Shown: positions 1 to 14,544, counted from the first letter of the stretch. The stretch is DNA of 64,000 nucleotides from Eledone cirrhosa (GCA_964016885.1 OZ024744.1:65658001-65722000), one strand, 5' to 3'. Notes: generated by a model not told the origin, from the sequence alone. Translations and numbers: made by a program.

Positions 1-222
1 TTTTATTCTGAGTTAAGGCTCTATTGATTTTCCCTGGATTTCACCAAATTCTGTGGATGAATCTATATCCTGATTCTTTTTGAATTGAGTTTGAATTATT
101 TTCCCACATCTTACGTTAACTATTTTTCCATTTTGATGCTATAGTCACTTATATATATATTATGGAATACTGTTGGCTTCTTGCTACAATAATTTCTATA
201 CTTTTCATTTATATATATATAT

Positions 223-891
223 GAGACATTGGCATTGTATGCAGAGGACCTGCGCAGACTGGAAAGGAATGAAGCATGCATGCTCCGTTGGATGTCTAAT
301 AGTAATATACACTAACAGCAAAACATAACAAACTAAGTGAGAAATTAGGAATAAGAGGGATCAGATGCTGTTTACTTGAGAGAAGATTACGTTGGTACGG
401 TCACATGATGCGCATGAAAGACGACAGCTGTATAAAAAAATGCAGGCGATCAAAATTGATGGAAGTTACGGAGTAGAAAAACCTGAGATGACATGATAAA
501 TTCCAACCTTACACACTTGCACCTCTCTAAGACAATGTCACTGGATCGAGATCTTTGGCGCCATACAGTAATACAGAAGACCCGCCTTTCCTACGTGCAA
601 AGTTAACCTACAGTCAATAGACCCCTCCAAACCAAACATACCCCAACCCACTACACCACTCCATCCAACACCACTCTTTCTCTATAAAGTTATGTTGGTA
701 CCACAACATCCAGTCCAAACTGTAAATGTGGTTGGTGTTAGGAAGGGCATCCAGTCATAGAAAACCTGCCAGATAATCCTATATGAGTAAGACACGGTCG
801 CCTGACCAATCTTGCCTCAAGTGGGACAACTCCCGTCTAACCCATGCTTGCACGGAAGATAGACGTTAAACGATGATGATGATGATGATGA
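223..891 (+). mobile_element. 5'-truncated RTE-clade LINE: 3' end of ORF2 plus 3' UTR ending in (GAT)n
   Basis: Reads ETLALYAEDLRRLERNEACMLRWM...LRWYGHMMRMKDDSC with frameshifts. Closely similar to 40900-41279. Starts right after a (TA)n run and ends GACGTTAAAC(GAT)n. Confidence 0.85.
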
Positions 892-913
892 TTATATATA
901 TATATAACATATG

Positions 914-1200
914 TCATCATCATCATCATCATCACCATTTAACATCCATTTTTCCACATTAGTATGAGTTAGATGAGTTGTCCCACTATGAGACAAGCCA
1001 GATCAGATGACCATGTCTTGTTCATACAGAACTGATTTGGGTTTGGTATCTAAGGCTGGATGCCCTCCCTAACACCAACCACATTTAAAGTGTGTGTTGG
1101 AAACTTTTTGTCATGACACCTACATGACCACTTTACAGTGTGAACTGGGTGCTTTTTGGTCTGGCTCCAAAACAACCACTTTACTGTATGGACTGGAGGC
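914..1200 (-). mobile_element. RTE-tail / SINE-tail repeat, tail-to-tail with the preceding copy
   Basis: (CAT)n-TTTAACATCCATTTTTCCA...GGCTGGATGCCCTCCCTAACACCAACCAC is the reverse complement of the tail at 720-890. Confidence 0.75.
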
Positions 1201-1559
1201 TGGAGTGGGGAATGTGCATGGGGATGAGAGAGGCAGATCTAAAGGAGGAGGGCACTTATCAGGTGAGTGGTGGGGTGGTGGGACATGGGTGAAGGTTAAG
1301 GTGTTAAGACGTGGGTGGGGAAGGTAGGAGAAAATGATGCATACTGAATTTACGTGTAGCGAAGCGACACCTGTGGTGTGATAGCTCTGACGTCCCAAAC
1401 GGAAGTCATAAAAATAACACAGACACTCCGGCAAAAAAAAATGCAGACCGACAACACGTATTTTTCTTGGAGCTGATTGTACAAACACACACCAGCCATT
1501 CGTATTCTTCTGAATATTTTTGCAAGTCATAAATACACAAATACACTTCGTCTAAATAT

Positions 1560-3139
1560 GCTTCAACCTGTGCACATGGGAATGCAGGTCTTCTGTATAA
1601 CTGCATAATGCCAGAGATCTTAGTCCTGTGTTGTCATCTTTGAGAAGTATAATTGTGTAAGTTCTGCTTTCATCACCTCATCCCAAGTCTTCCTAGGTCT
1701 TCTTACTCCATAGCTACCAACTTTGAGTACACTACACTTTTTTAAACTGCTATCTTCTTTCATATGCAACACATGTTCATACCACTGTAATTTCCTTTCA
1801 TGAACACTGCACACTCCCTCTTATGTCTAGTTTCTCTCTCAGTTCATTTATGCTTTGCTGTTCATGTATATTAATTACTATTGCACATGCAATGAAGCAT
1901 GGAAGCTTCATTTCTTTCTAATCTTCACAGGTCTCCTGCACACAGAGTCCAGGTCTCACCACCATGCAATATGGCTGCTAGTTTACACGCATCATACAAT
2001 CTGCTCTTCATTTTGTGGTAAAGATGTTTTGTAGCTAGCCGTGCTAGTTCCCTGGACTTTTTCCATCCCATTCTCACTCTGGGTACTATACTTTCTGAAC
2101 ATCCACTACCACTGCTAATTTGGTCACTCAGGTAATAGAAGCTGCCAACTGCTTCTACAGAACCTTCCAAGAATTTGATAGTGCTTTTTTCCTGTGAGCA
2201 TTTGTTACTTACTGCTCCTGTGTAATGGTCACATGTAAAACCTACATTCTTAGTTATCTTACTTTGAATCCCACTACATCTCTTGTGGACCCATAGTTTG
2301 CATTTAGGATAGAGGATGGAATTTTTATCCACCCCTTTCCTACACCAACGCTTTGTTTTCTTTACTACTTACCAGAACTTTGATCTTTGTCAAGTTGACT
2401 TTAAGAACTTTTGATTCCAGGTTTTGCTTCCGGATCAGGAATTTTTTCACTAGTTCTGTCATGGATTCAGCTATGAGAGTGAGGTTATCAGCATACAGGA
2501 GTTCCCAAGGGCGTCCTGTTTTAAACCTTTCTATTATAGCCTGGAGGACAATAATAAACAGGAGGTGGCTAAATACAGAGCCTTTGTGGACCCCAACTTG
2601 CACACTAAACTCCTTCCTATAGTCATTATTAATTTTAAGTTTGTTGACAGCACCTCTGTACATGGCTTGTTTTGCCTTCACTAGCCACTCTTCTACTCGC
2701 TAGTCTCCTAAGTGCCCACCAGATTACAGAATGGCGGATTTTACCAAAAGCTTTTCTAAGTCAACAAATGCTAAGTAAAGGGGTTTGATTTTAGCTAGGT
2801 GTTTCTCCTGTAGTTGCCTTGCAAGGAAGAGAGCATCCATGGTATTTCTCCCTGGGACAAGTCCGAACTGCGTCTCATCTAGGTTAATTGGATTTCTAAT
2901 CAGTTGTACAATGAGTCTTTCTGTAACTTTCATGACCTGGTTCATCAGTTTTGCCTTGGTAGTTTTCCCTGTCTAGGGCATCACACTTTCCCATGTAGCA
3001 GTTGACAATGCTTGAGTATGGCACCATTTGGTATAAATTGGTTTACAATATAGGTGATTATGGTGTGTCCTACCATCCCAGATACTTTCAGCATCACAGC
3101 AACTCTACCCAATGGCTCTGCTGCTTTTCCTGTTTTCAT
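1560..3139 (-). mobile_element. Decayed RTE LINE ORF2 (RT domain and C-terminus)
   Basis: ORF fragments MKTGKAAEP, QFGLVPGRNTMDALF, LAFVDLEK, GVHKGSVFSHLLF, WELLYADNL, CKLWVHKRCSG, LHGGETW, GRPRKTW-like, broken by stops and frameshifts. Confidence 0.9.
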
Positions 3140-3417
3140 ACACACACACACACATATATATACAGGTGTCACGAAAAAAAGCACCAAGCCCACACTGTAT
3201 AGAAGTCGTGTAGGAGTCATGACAAAAGCAACCAGCCCATACTGTAAATCTGGTTGGCATTAGGAAAGGCATCCAGCTGCAGAAATCTAGCCAGAAACAG
3301 TTCTATGAGAACTTGACCCAACTTGCCTCAAATGGGACAACCCGTCTAACCCATGTTAGCGTGGAAAGTGGATGTTAAACAATGATGATGATGATGATGA
3401 TGATATATATATCATTT

Positions 3418-3757
3418 CATCATCATCATTTCATTTTATATCCGCTTTTCCCTGCTTGCAAGGGTGGGACGGGAACTGATTCTTGCTTGATTTCTACAAC
3501 TGGATGCCCTTCTTAACACCAATCTCATTTACAGTGAGTGCTGGGTGCTTTTTTGCCGTAGCACCTCCACGACCACTTTGCAGTGTAATGAAAGGGACCC
3601 CAGTCCCTATCATCTTATTTCTACAGCTGAGTAAACTGGAGCAATGTGAAATAAAGTGTCTTGCTCAAGGAAACAACACATCACCCGGTCTGAGAATTGA
3701 ACTCAAAACCTTTCGATTGCAAGGCAAATACTCTAACCATTAAGCCATGTGCCTCCA
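3418..3757 (-). mobile_element. Full-length tRNA-headed SINE (Meta-domain-like core, RTE-derived tail)
   Basis: Reverse complement of 46216-46574: A/B-box head, CCTTGAGCAAGACACTTTAT core, GGAAGGGCATCCAG...(GAT)n-type tail. Confidence 0.8.
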
Positions 3758-4035
3758 TCCAATGCTCTAACCACTAAGCCATATATATGTATATATATTA
3801 TATATATATATAGTATGTGGTCACCTAACCTGTTACATAACATGACAACCTGTCATGTGGAATTGGACATTAAATGATGATGATGACGATGGCACACTGT
3901 AAAGTGGTTGGTGATAGGAAGGGAATCCAGCCACAGAAAACCTGCCTATCAAAGAGTCAGGAGGACTCTTCAGCTGTGTTAAAGAACATGTCAAACTCCC
4001 TCTCTGCATTTGGGATTCCTACATTTGTTCAAAGA

Positions 4036-4036
<1 letters not shown>

Positions 4037-4077
<41 letters not shown>
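4037..4077. repeat. (TG)n microsatellite
   Basis: Direct inspection. Confidence 0.95.
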
Positions 4078-4079
<2 letters not shown>

Positions 4080-4528
4080 TGTGTACAAGAGACTAGGTGG
4101 AGACAAGCATCAGCTAGATTCTTTGTGGGCCAAGAACGATACTTCAAATTTTTTAGGGTGAGTTAAACCACTGGCTGGGTAGAGAAGGTATTCTGTTAAT
4201 AGTAAAATGGGTAAATAAAGTAACTGAGGTAAACAGAGTAAATGACAAAATCATGAACATTCAGCATGCTCTAGGTGCCTTATGTTGCCAATAGAATAAT
4301 CTCCCCTTAATACATAATGCAGTGTCAAGGGGAAGCAATTCATAAAAAATTCAGCATTCTAAAGGTTACATGTAGGTTTAATCTTAGATAGAACAACTGC
4401 AACTATTATAACTGATTATGCACATCTATTTTAACTGCCAGATAAACTAAAAGATGGCTTTTAGGAGTCCCTAATGCAGATTACTTCTCTAATGAGTGAC
4501 AAAGAACTCTTAATCATAGCAGGAGACT

Positions 4529-4665
4529 TTAACCCTTTAGCATTTACATTACTCTATATTTACTATTGTATTTTCATGGTAAAGGCTTTACCTCATATAA
4601 TTATCTCACATGATATTGAATCTATGAGATTTTGATATTGTTTATTTTGGGAACAATACCTTAAA
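4529..4665. mobile_element. Partial piggyBac-type MITE (one end)
   Basis: TTAA-CCCTTTAGCATTTACATTACTC start matches the full copies at 14330 and 21403. Confidence 0.7.
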
Positions 4666-5099
4666 TGTTGAGAAACTGTGATGGCTTCAATGGGGTCCAT
4701 GGAGGTTATGGGTTTGGTATGAGAAATGAGGAAGGTATCAAAGCTCTTGGAATTCTGTGATGCAAATGATCTATCTTCAACACAAACTTCACAAAACCAG
4801 CCAACCATTTCATCACCTACAAATCAGGTGAGCACACTAGCCAAATATATTTTATTCTTACCAGAAGGCATGATAGATCATTCTCATCATCATCATTATC
4901 ATCGTTTAACGTCCATTTCCAACACTAGCATGGGTTAGATGGGTTGTCCTATTAGAGACAAGTTAGGTCAGGTGATCATGTCTTGCTCTTGTAAAAACAA
5001 AGTCCCTCCCTGATGAGGAATGCATCTCCCAACAAGATAGTGACTTTAAAGTTAGAGCTAGATGAACTCAGAGACAAAAAGCAACCTGAAGGAGAAAGA

Positions 5100-6985
5100 G
5101 ATGACATTTGAGCTAGCCCTCAGCCAGTAACACATTTAGAGGCATCATACTAGATGCTTTTGATAGTAAGGAAGAAGAGATAAAGACTTACAATACAGAG
5201 GAACAGTAGGAGTTCCTAAGAGACAATCTGTTGAAGGCCACAGACAAGATCCATGGTGGGAGCAGAGTCCGAGGAAAAGGCGGGTGACTTATGGTGGACT
5301 AGTAAGGTGGATGAGACATTTAAGGCAAAGAAACAGGCCTGGAAAGAATGGCAGAGTTGGGGAAACAGAGAACAATACCATGAAGCTAGGCGAGAAGTAT
5401 GCAAGGAAGGAAGCAAAAAAAAAAAAATTTAAGCATGTTTTATGACATGAGGTATTCAGGAATGGGGGGCAGTGTGTCAGGGAAAATCATGATGTTGTTG
5501 GGGAGAAGTGTGCCGAAATGATAATGAGGTACTTGCTCTCACTGATGCTAAAAAGTGAGAGGCATGAATTGCCATTTTGAAAGATTGCTGAATGAGGGGA
5601 ATGCATGGGAGGAAGATAATCTGCTCTGATTGGATCCAACAGAGGGCATAATTGCTGTATTATAAACCAAGTAGTACAGAGTGTGTCATACCCATTGACT
5701 AGTGTAGCAGCATTATTGTAACTGCACTAGAGAGAGAAAACTATAAAGGTATCAAGTTGATGGACTAGGTCATGAAGATTGCAGAAAGAATATTTAGTAC
5801 AGCTGATTAGGGACTGAGTTAACCTAGATGATATGCAATTTGAATTTGTGCCAGGTAAATGTTGATAGAGTCTCCCATTCCATAATCTAGTGGGTACCTA
5901 GAAAGCTAGGAGTAGATGAATGGCTTGTGAGGGTGGTACAAGCTATATATAGAGGAACAGTTAGCAAGGTTAGAGTTAACATTGAGTATAATGAGGAATT
6001 TAGCATGCAAGTAGTATCTACCAGAGCTCTGTTCTTAACTATAACAGAGGAGTTTAAAACTGGCAGCCCATGGGAATTCTTATATGCTGATGATCTAGTC
6101 CTTATAGCAAAATTTGTGGCAGAATTAAAGAAGATATTCCAGACCTGGAAGCAAAAAGTCTTAGAGTCAACTTGGCAAAGACTAAAGTCTTAATAAATAG
6201 AAAAGAAAACAAGGCCCAGATTCCTTCATGTAAATGGCGTTATGCAGTGTGCTGGAATTGAGTGGGTAAATATTCCATTCTATGTTCCAAATGCAAACTA
6301 TAGTTACACAAGAGATATAGTAAGATCTCAGGTCAGCTAGCAAAGAATGTAGATGCTGTATGTAGCCAATGCATAGTAACAATAAGAAACAATAACACAC
6401 AGGAAACAAGCCCTATCAACTGCTCAGAGGGCTCCATAGAAATAGGTGTTGACTTCTGTTACCTGGGTGACCAAATTAGCAATGAATGTGGGTGTTCTAA
6501 AAGTACAGTAGCCAGAGTGAGAACAAAAGGTGGGAAAAGTACTGGGAGCTACTACCACTACTAACTGCAAAGGGTCGCTCCTTCAGACTGAAAGACAGAT
6601 TATGTGATGCTTCCATGCGAACGGCAATGCTACATGGTAGTGAGTCTTGAGCTTTGTGTATAAAGGACTTACCAAAATTGGAAAGAAATGAGCTGAGCAT
6701 GCTTTGATGGATGTGTAATAGTAGTACAAACAAAGTGTCAATCAGCAAGAGAGGAGACTCTGATGGTATGGACATGTAATGTATATGAAAGATGACAGCT
6801 GCATAAAGAAATGTAAGGTGTTTGAAGTCAAAGGAACCCTTGGAAGGAGAAAACCTAGGAAAACATGGGATGATGTGGCAAGGGCAAACCTCATGCAGCT
6901 GAACCTCAAAAAGGAAATGACCCATGACGAAAAAAACTGGTGATACTTCGTAATACGAGGAACTTGCCTTCCCACTCAAGTGGAG
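5100..6985 (+). mobile_element. Old decayed RTE LINE ORF2
   Basis: Fragments RKLGVDEWLVRVVQAIY, EEFKTGSPWEFLYADDLVLIA, YLGDQIS, MLHGSE and KPRKTWDD, with many stops. Confidence 0.85.
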
Positions 6986-7429
6986 TGAAGTAGCACAAGG
7001 AGGATGGCTAACCCACCGACATCACGCCAACCTAAACCTGAAGAAGCAAAAAGATAGAACAACTCTTGGGTCCTCACTTGTCAGTGACTCCTGACTTCTT
7101 CACCCAACCCATGCTAGCATGAAAATCTAGGAGGAATGTTGAATGATTCACCTTCCCTGCTGAACCCTTGCATCCTCCAACACTTTCCAAACACAGGAAA
7201 GCATAGCACACCCCAAAATGACCGACACCACCAACTCAACCACTTGCCTCAAGCAGTATATAAATGCTCCTGTTTTAGGCCACCAAAGGAAGCCAGGCAC
7301 AAACATGGTCCCTCCCCCACCGACCCCCTCAGCAAAGCAATGCCTGTGCCCCAGCCTCAACCCCACCCCATCGTAGCACAACCATGTACAATAAGCACCT
7401 GAGTGCAGTAATGAAAGGGCGATGGTGCA

Positions 7430-7772
7430 ATTACAGAAGCACCCAATCCACTATGTAAGATGGTAGTGTTGGTACCACGACAAAAAGCACCCACTTCACT
7501 CTGTAAGGTGGTAGTGTCAGAAGCACGATAAAATGCTCCCAGTACACTCTGTAAAGTAGTTGGTATTAGGAAAAGCATCCAACCGTAGAAACTATGCTCA
7601 CAGTATCCACTATAAAGTGGTCGGTGTTAGGAAGGGCATCAAGCCATAGAAACCAAGCCAAAACAAAGTCTATCAACAGGACCTAGTCACCTGATCATTA
7701 TTGCTTTAGTACGCGATAGCCACTAACTTATACAAGCATAGAAAATAGACGTTAAACGATGATGATGATGAT
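7430..7772 (+). mobile_element. RTE-tail/SINE repeat with several ~48-bp internal modules and a (GAT)n tail
   Basis: Repeated AAAAGCACCCA..CACTCTGTAAGGTGGTAGTG units, then GGAAGGGCATC..AGAAA..GACGTTAAAC(GAT)n. Confidence 0.7.
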
Positions 7773-7809
7773 GTGTATGTATGTGTGTGCAAGTATGTCT
7801 GTATATGTT

Positions 7810-7867
<58 letters not shown>

Positions 7868-7869
7868 TA

Positions 7870-8159
7870 ATACAGTCGTCCCAACGCACGTGACTATAAT
7901 GATAGTCGGTCACTATAAACAATAGTTAGGAAAATCGGATAAAGTACCACTGGAGACTGAAAAAGTGGAGTACAATTCGAATTTTCTTATATATAAATAC
8001 ACACACACACATATATATATATATACATACACACACACATATATATATATACATACACACACACGCACATATATATAGTAATAATAATAAAATTGAAGAC
8101 TAAAATCCAAAGAGGGCTCGATAAGGAAAATATATATCAAATATATAAGAACCGTAGAG

Positions 8160-8210
<51 letters not shown>

Positions 8211-9351
8211 GGGGAGAAATTTAAATGTGCATGTGTGTGTTTGTACGTATCGATGCATGTATATATTAAACAAAAACTAATCTAATAGAGTTACGGGAGT
8301 AAGAGATTGGGAAAGAGAGAGAGAGAGAGCAAGAGGAAGGGAGAGAGAGCGCACAATCACCTTCGTGAACCTCCTACAATATTTGGTCAGTGACTGAAGC
8401 AGGTGATAGGAAGAGAGAGAGAGAGACATACACCGGAGTATATATCCATCATTTGGTAGATTAGTTTCTCTATTTCCTATAGAAGACATGTGTTGAGGCT
8501 ATATATTACATCAATATAACAATTTCGTCTCCCACTATTTACCTGTTTTTTTTTTCCACATCTTCTTGTCTCTCTCTCTCTCTCCCCCCTCTATAATAAT
8601 AATTAATTGTTATTATTTAAAATAATAATAATAATTTACGCAAGTCTCTACCTCTAAAGTGTACGTGTTGTAGAGTGAATGTATGTGGGTTGGTGTGTGT
8701 TTAGAGGAGGGAACGAACAGTGTCGAGTAAAAATAGCTACGACTGTCAGTAAGTCTTGGGGTGTTGTCGGATCTGCCTGGCTGGGGAAAATAATGGCTCT
8801 CTTCGACGTCGGAACACCCAGAAAAAGATATACTTTTGCTTCGGTCAACAGAATTTGGTACTACACACTATGGCATCCTGTGTATTTACAACAGAAGACG
8901 TAAGTATTTCTAACTAGTAATGGACGTTAAATGTTTTTCTATGTTGTTATTTATTTTTTCCAGTATGATTTTTAAAAATTCACTTATTGTTTTATTTATT
9001 TTTTATATAAATGTTTATTGCTTATCAGGTGCTTTGGTCGTCTCATTAATAATCATAAACTTGCGATTACTTCGTTAATTATGAAATAAAACAGATTCGA
9101 AATTGAGTAGGAGGGAAGACAAGGAAGAGACGTAGAAAAGGAGATTAGTGCGTATATATATATATGTATATATATAAGAACAAAAGATGGTTAAAAGTGT
9201 TCCATGTATTTTATTATGCGCATTTCTCTTTTGTTCTTATATATTATGTATACTCCAGTCCTACAAACTGTAGAGTGCTTCTTATCCGATATCTGCATTG
9301 CTTTATTGTACTACAATAAAACTCACCTCCTACATATGTATATATATATAC

Positions 9352-9404
<53 letters not shown>

Positions 9405-10300
9405 GTAGTAATGGTTTGGTAAAGATATCCAAGGTGTAGAGCACTCAGTCCATGGGACGAGTTTTAATATATTATTAACAGTAAATTCGATACTACAGCG
9501 ACGATATAGCACTGAGAAATGCAGGAACATGCGTTTCTTTTAGCGAACCTAACTTATTCAACCAGAGTTCGCCAAACGTAATACGTGTCCCTGCGTTTTT
9601 CCGTGTTATGTCTTCGTTGAAATACCAAATATATATTTATATATATATATTTATAATAAATGGTGGTTTAACTAAACAAGAATATAATTTATTTAGGTAT
9701 GTCTCCGGTACTGTTATTAGAATTGTTCTTGTGATAGATGCCTTCGTTTTTAAAAACCTCTTTCCGAACTACTTCCGTGACTTTTTTTTCGTGGAATACA
9801 TTCATTTCCAAGACATGGAAACGAAACTACTTTATACATATAGAACACTGTTTTTACTTTAAACTTACACAAACATCATTGACGCACCCTTGTGTATCCA
9901 TACACAGACTATGTGTGTGTGTACATGTGTAAATATATGTATGTCTGCTAGTGTGTATATGCGTAAAAAAAAAAAAAAGATGTTTGCGATTGTGTATGTA
10001 CATGTATGTGTAAACCTGCGTGATTGTATATACTACACATACATATGAGTGTATAGTTTGTTTGTCTATATGTGTAAATATATATACGTGTGCATTAGGT
10101 GTGTGGGTGTATGATGCAGCGATAGAGAGAAAGAGAGAGATAGATTTTCATGTTATTTATGCCAGTTGTGTGTAGTCGATGCCAACAGTTTTCAATAGCT
10201 GTGATGCCGGAAAACAGCATTAAAATCACAAACAGAAAACACGAACAATTTCTGTGTTCTCATGTTACACGTAACACTCCTTTTTACTTTAAAAATTTTA
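7870..10300. promoter_or_regulatory. CpG-enriched, TE-poor region; probable promoter / 5' end of a gene
   Basis: Visibly more CG dinucleotides than the flanks (e.g. CACGTG 7887, GACGTCGG 8806), GA/CT tracts, no recognisable LINE or SINE, and strong donor sites nearby. Judged by eye. Confidence 0.5.
8700..8899 (+). other. Putative non-coding first exon (start uncertain) ending at donor AC|GTAAGTA
   Basis: GTAAGT at 8900-8905 followed by a T-rich intron-like tract. An alternative GTAAGT at 8749 overlaps an Inr-like TCAGT. Lies in the CpG-enriched region. Confidence 0.45.
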
Positions 10301-10319
10301 CATAAAACATCTTTACTCC

Positions 10320-10830
10320 CTGTCTGTTATGCCTGTCAATCTATCTACCTGTCTATATTGCTTGAATATCTTACTGTTTATCTATCTGCTTGTCAGTCTG
10401 TCTATTAATCTAGCTGTCTGTCTGTTTGTCAGTCTCTATTTTCTCGCCGTTGATGTCTCAATTTGTATATATCAATCTATCTGTCGATCTCCCTGTCTAT
10501 ATCGGGGTCTGTGTATCATCTATCTGAATGTCTGTCTATCACTCTTTCTATTAGTTTCTCTGTCTATCAACGTATCCTATCGGTCTGTCTAGTTGTCAAT
10601 GAAATTGTCGGCTTATCTGTGTCTGTCTATCAATCAATCAATCGGTGTGTGCCTGTCTGTCAATCTACTTGTCACTCGAGCTATCTGTCGGTCTATTGGT
10701 CTCTCTGTCTCTCTCTATCGGTCTTTTAAACTATTAGTCTCAGTCGGTCTATCTTTTTGGTTGTCTGTCAGTCTATCTCTCTTTCTATTTGTATGGCTGT
10801 CTATCTTTGTGTGTATGTGTGTATGTATGT
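10320..10830. repeat. Degenerate (TCTA/TCTG)n low-complexity tract
   Basis: Recurrent TCTATC/TCTGTC motifs; the overlapping ORFs are compositional artefacts. Confidence 0.7.
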
Positions 10831-13800
10831 GAGTATGAATGTATATATATATATGTGTGTGTGTGTGTGTATGTAGTCACAGTCAGCCAATTGTCGGTCT
10901 GTCCATTGGTCTATCTATATGACTATGAACCGATCTCTCTGACTTAGTTGAGTATCTACCTGCCAACCTAGTTAGCTTGATTGCTATTTATCAGCTGTCT
11001 ATCTGTCTCTCCATTCATCTAATGCCCCCTCAGTCTATCAGACATTCAGCTAATATCTCCTTCCATTAATTGTGCATGTTAAATACTTGGCTAAATGGTT
11101 TTACTATCAAAACTTCCACTTCCAGTCTCTTATTTTGTTACCAACCGGAACAGAACTGGCTCTCATCATCATCGAGGTTGTTTAGCGTCTATTTTTCATG
11201 ATTGCATTAGTTAGACAGCTCTGTTTCTATGAAACAAAGCCATCAAATTTAAAGGGTTACTATTTAAATTAAAATTTTCCAAAATTATTTTATATAAGAA
11301 CTGTATGTTATGTTACTATCTTTTAGTAAATCCCTCAAAATTAATTAAATGAATCATCATCATCATCATCATCATTTAACATCTGTTTTCCCTGCTAGCA
11401 AAGGTTTGTTGGGTCTTCACAAACCAAGTCAGTACTCAAGTGGAATTACTGGGCCTCCCAGACAAGCCCAGGGACCGTATCTTGCTTACATACGGTCTTG
11501 CGCTCTACCAAGTGGATTTTATTGTGACACCAGTACTAGAGAGGTTGTCATGTATTTGACAACTGAAGGATCTTCCCCATTCTTTGTTTGGTAAGCTTTC
11601 TATGGCTGGATGCCCTTCCTATCACCAACCACTTTACAGCATGTACTGAGTGCATTTATCGTGTAGATTACCAACATTAGCGAAATTGTCATGTCTTTGA
11701 CAAAACTGTAGAGTCTTCCCATTCTTTGTTTGGCAAGCTTTCTACGACTGCATGTCCTTCCTATGACCAACCACTTTACAGTATGTACTGGGTGTGTTGA
11801 TCATGAAACCGTGTATTTCATTCGAAACATGGCCATGAAAGGGTTAATGCAACAGACCTATAGATATTACTCATAGATTCTTTAAATCTAAACACCATTG
11901 ATATCATTGGATTGTTATGTAGCTTTAGTTTTTTTGCAGTGCTATCATTTGCTCAACACCTCTCCTTAATTGTTCATTTTAATAAACTGTGTTTCAGACA
12001 GGGAAAGAATTAGGAGAGTCATCAGAATGTCGGATAAAATCATTATCATATCATCATCAAAGTGGTAATGTAGGAGTCACTGCAAAAAGCACTCAGCACA
12101 CACTGTAAATGTGTTTGGCATTAGGAATGGTATCCAGCCATAAAAACCTAGCCAGAAACAGTCCTATGTAAGTAAGACACAGTCACCTGACCCCACTTAC
12201 CTCAAATGGGACAACTTGTCTAACTCATGCTAGTGTGGAAAATGGACGTTAAATGATGATGATGATGATGATGATTTCCACTCTGACATTGGTTGAACTA
12301 ATGGTTGAACAGATGGATCAGATTGACTGTTCTTGTTCATTACGTTGCATATTTGGCATGGTTTCTACAGCTGGATGCCCTTCTTAACACCAACCACATT
12401 ACAGGGTGTATTGGTTGTGTTGCCTTTTAATATTTCTTCTGGCTGTAAGTACTTTGTGTTCAAATCCTGCTGAGATCAACTTTGCTTTTCACTCTTTTGG
12501 AGTCAATAGGATAAAGTAGTAGTTTATGATTAGTCCTTTAGCATTAAAACCAGCCATATCTAGCCACAATTCTTGCACCTCCTCCTGTTCAAACCAGCTG
12601 TAACTGGACACTCATACTGATTTTAAGGTATTGTTCTCAAAATAAATAACATAAAAATCTCATAGATTCAATATTAGGTGAGATAATTTTGTGAGGTAAA
12701 AAGCCTTATGAAAATAAAATAGTATATATAGAGTAATGGTTAGCAAAATTGTTAGAGCATCAAATGAGATGCCTTGTGGTATTTGTTGTTGCTCTGCTTT
12801 CTGTGTTCAAATGAGGCCTATTTGCATAGTAAGACTTAATCTGTCACCCAGTTTAATAACACCACCTTACCATAGAATACACAGCAAACTCCCCCAATTT
12901 TACATATCAAAGTTAGCTTGGCATGAGTAATTGGAATTGAAAAGTTATACATACAAATATTAAATTAAAAAATTCTAACCATCCTAAAACTAAAAAGCCC
13001 AGCTGAGGGCACAAACAAATTGCTACAGTTGTCACTGGTTGGGCCCAGAGCAATTACCCCCCATTAAATCCGGCCCTGTTCCTAAGAACCCTACTTCTGG
13101 CTTTCATTCAAGGTAGGCCCTCACTGGTCTCTGTGGACATGTGTAGCACAAGCATTTTGTAGATGACTGATCTGATATGTTGGAGATAAATACATCTAGA
13201 TACTTTTTATATGCCCCAAGGGGTATCTTTGATCATATTTGTAAACCTTTTAGGAGACAGTTGAACAGTTGTGTGTTGGACCTCTCTTGGTTATGATGAA
13301 GAGTGTTCCAGTTGATTCAGTCAATGGAGTAGCCTGCTCAAAAACAAATTAGTGGCTGAGCATTCCACAAAAATGTGTACCCTTGGTGCAGTTCTCAGGT
13401 AGATAGTGTGATACAGCAAGTGTCATGGCCAGCCCATTGAATTCATCATCATTTAATGTCTATCTCCTACACTAGCATGGGTTGGATGGGTTTGTCTCAC
13501 TTGAGGTCGGGCGATCATTTGGTTGGGTGACTGTCTCGTTCATACAGAACTGTTTCTGGTAGGTTTTCTACGGCTGGATGCCCTTCCTAACACCAACCAC
13601 ATTTACAATGTGGACTGGGAGCTTTTTTACTGTCTCCAACATGATCACTTTACAGTGTGGACTGGCTGCTTTTTGTCGTGTCGCCTACACAACCACTTTT
13701 AATTTTTGCATGCTAAGTGGATCAACGTGAAATATAGTGAATATATTGTGCTGCCAGGAATCAAACTCATGACCTTGCAATTGTGAGCTGAACACCTTAA

Positions 13801-14329
13801 CCACTAAGCCGTGTGCCTTCATACAATTGAACAACTGAAGATATTTAAGTGACAAATCGTTACTTTATTTGTTCCTGGTGTGAGTTTGAAAAAGGAAGTG
13901 TTAGGATCAGGCGGTCCCTTTCTTTATCTTTGTTTTTTTTTTCTCTCCTGTATAACAAAAGTTTGGAACAAGATTTTCAAGAAACAACCATATATATTAT
14001 GGCATACTATTACCATAACATTGGCAGAATAGTGAAACATTCTCAGTAATTTGTGAGTGTCTATATTTAGAACTTAAAATCATAATGTTGTGAATTTGAT
14101 TCCTGGACATGATGGTGTGTTGTTTTGAGTACAATACTTCATTTCATGTTACTCCAGTATATTCAGCTGAAAATGAGTACCAGCAGTAGCTGTTAGATAA
14201 CCATGTGATTGATGGCATCTTGTCCAGGGTAAAGTCTTGTACTCTCAGTTCCTTAATGCCAATGAAAAATGAATCCAGTGATAAGCACTAGCCTGATAGA
14301 TTGGGACAGACTTGAACTTTTTTTTTTAA

Positions 14330-14514
14330 CCCTTTAGCATTTACATTACTCTATATATACTATTGTATTTTCACAGTAAAGGCTTTATCTCACATAATCT
14401 CGAATTTACGAGATTTTGATGTTATTTATTTTGAGAACAATACCTTAAGGTCAGTATGAGCGACCGGTTTGAACAGAAAGAGGTGAAAGAATTCTGGCCG
14501 GATATGTCCAAGGG
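14330..14514. mobile_element. piggyBac-type MITE with TTAA flanks
   Basis: TTAA(14326)-CCCTTTAGCATT ... CCAAGGG-TTAA(14515); body shared with other copies. Confidence 0.8.
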
Positions 14515-14544
14515 TTAATCTATGAACACACACACATATTAGTT

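Noticed and set aside
5009-5035. CTGATGA-GGA..TCC hammerhead-like start
   Set aside because: Followed by CAAC rather than GAAA, with no stem I/III or cleavage triplet.
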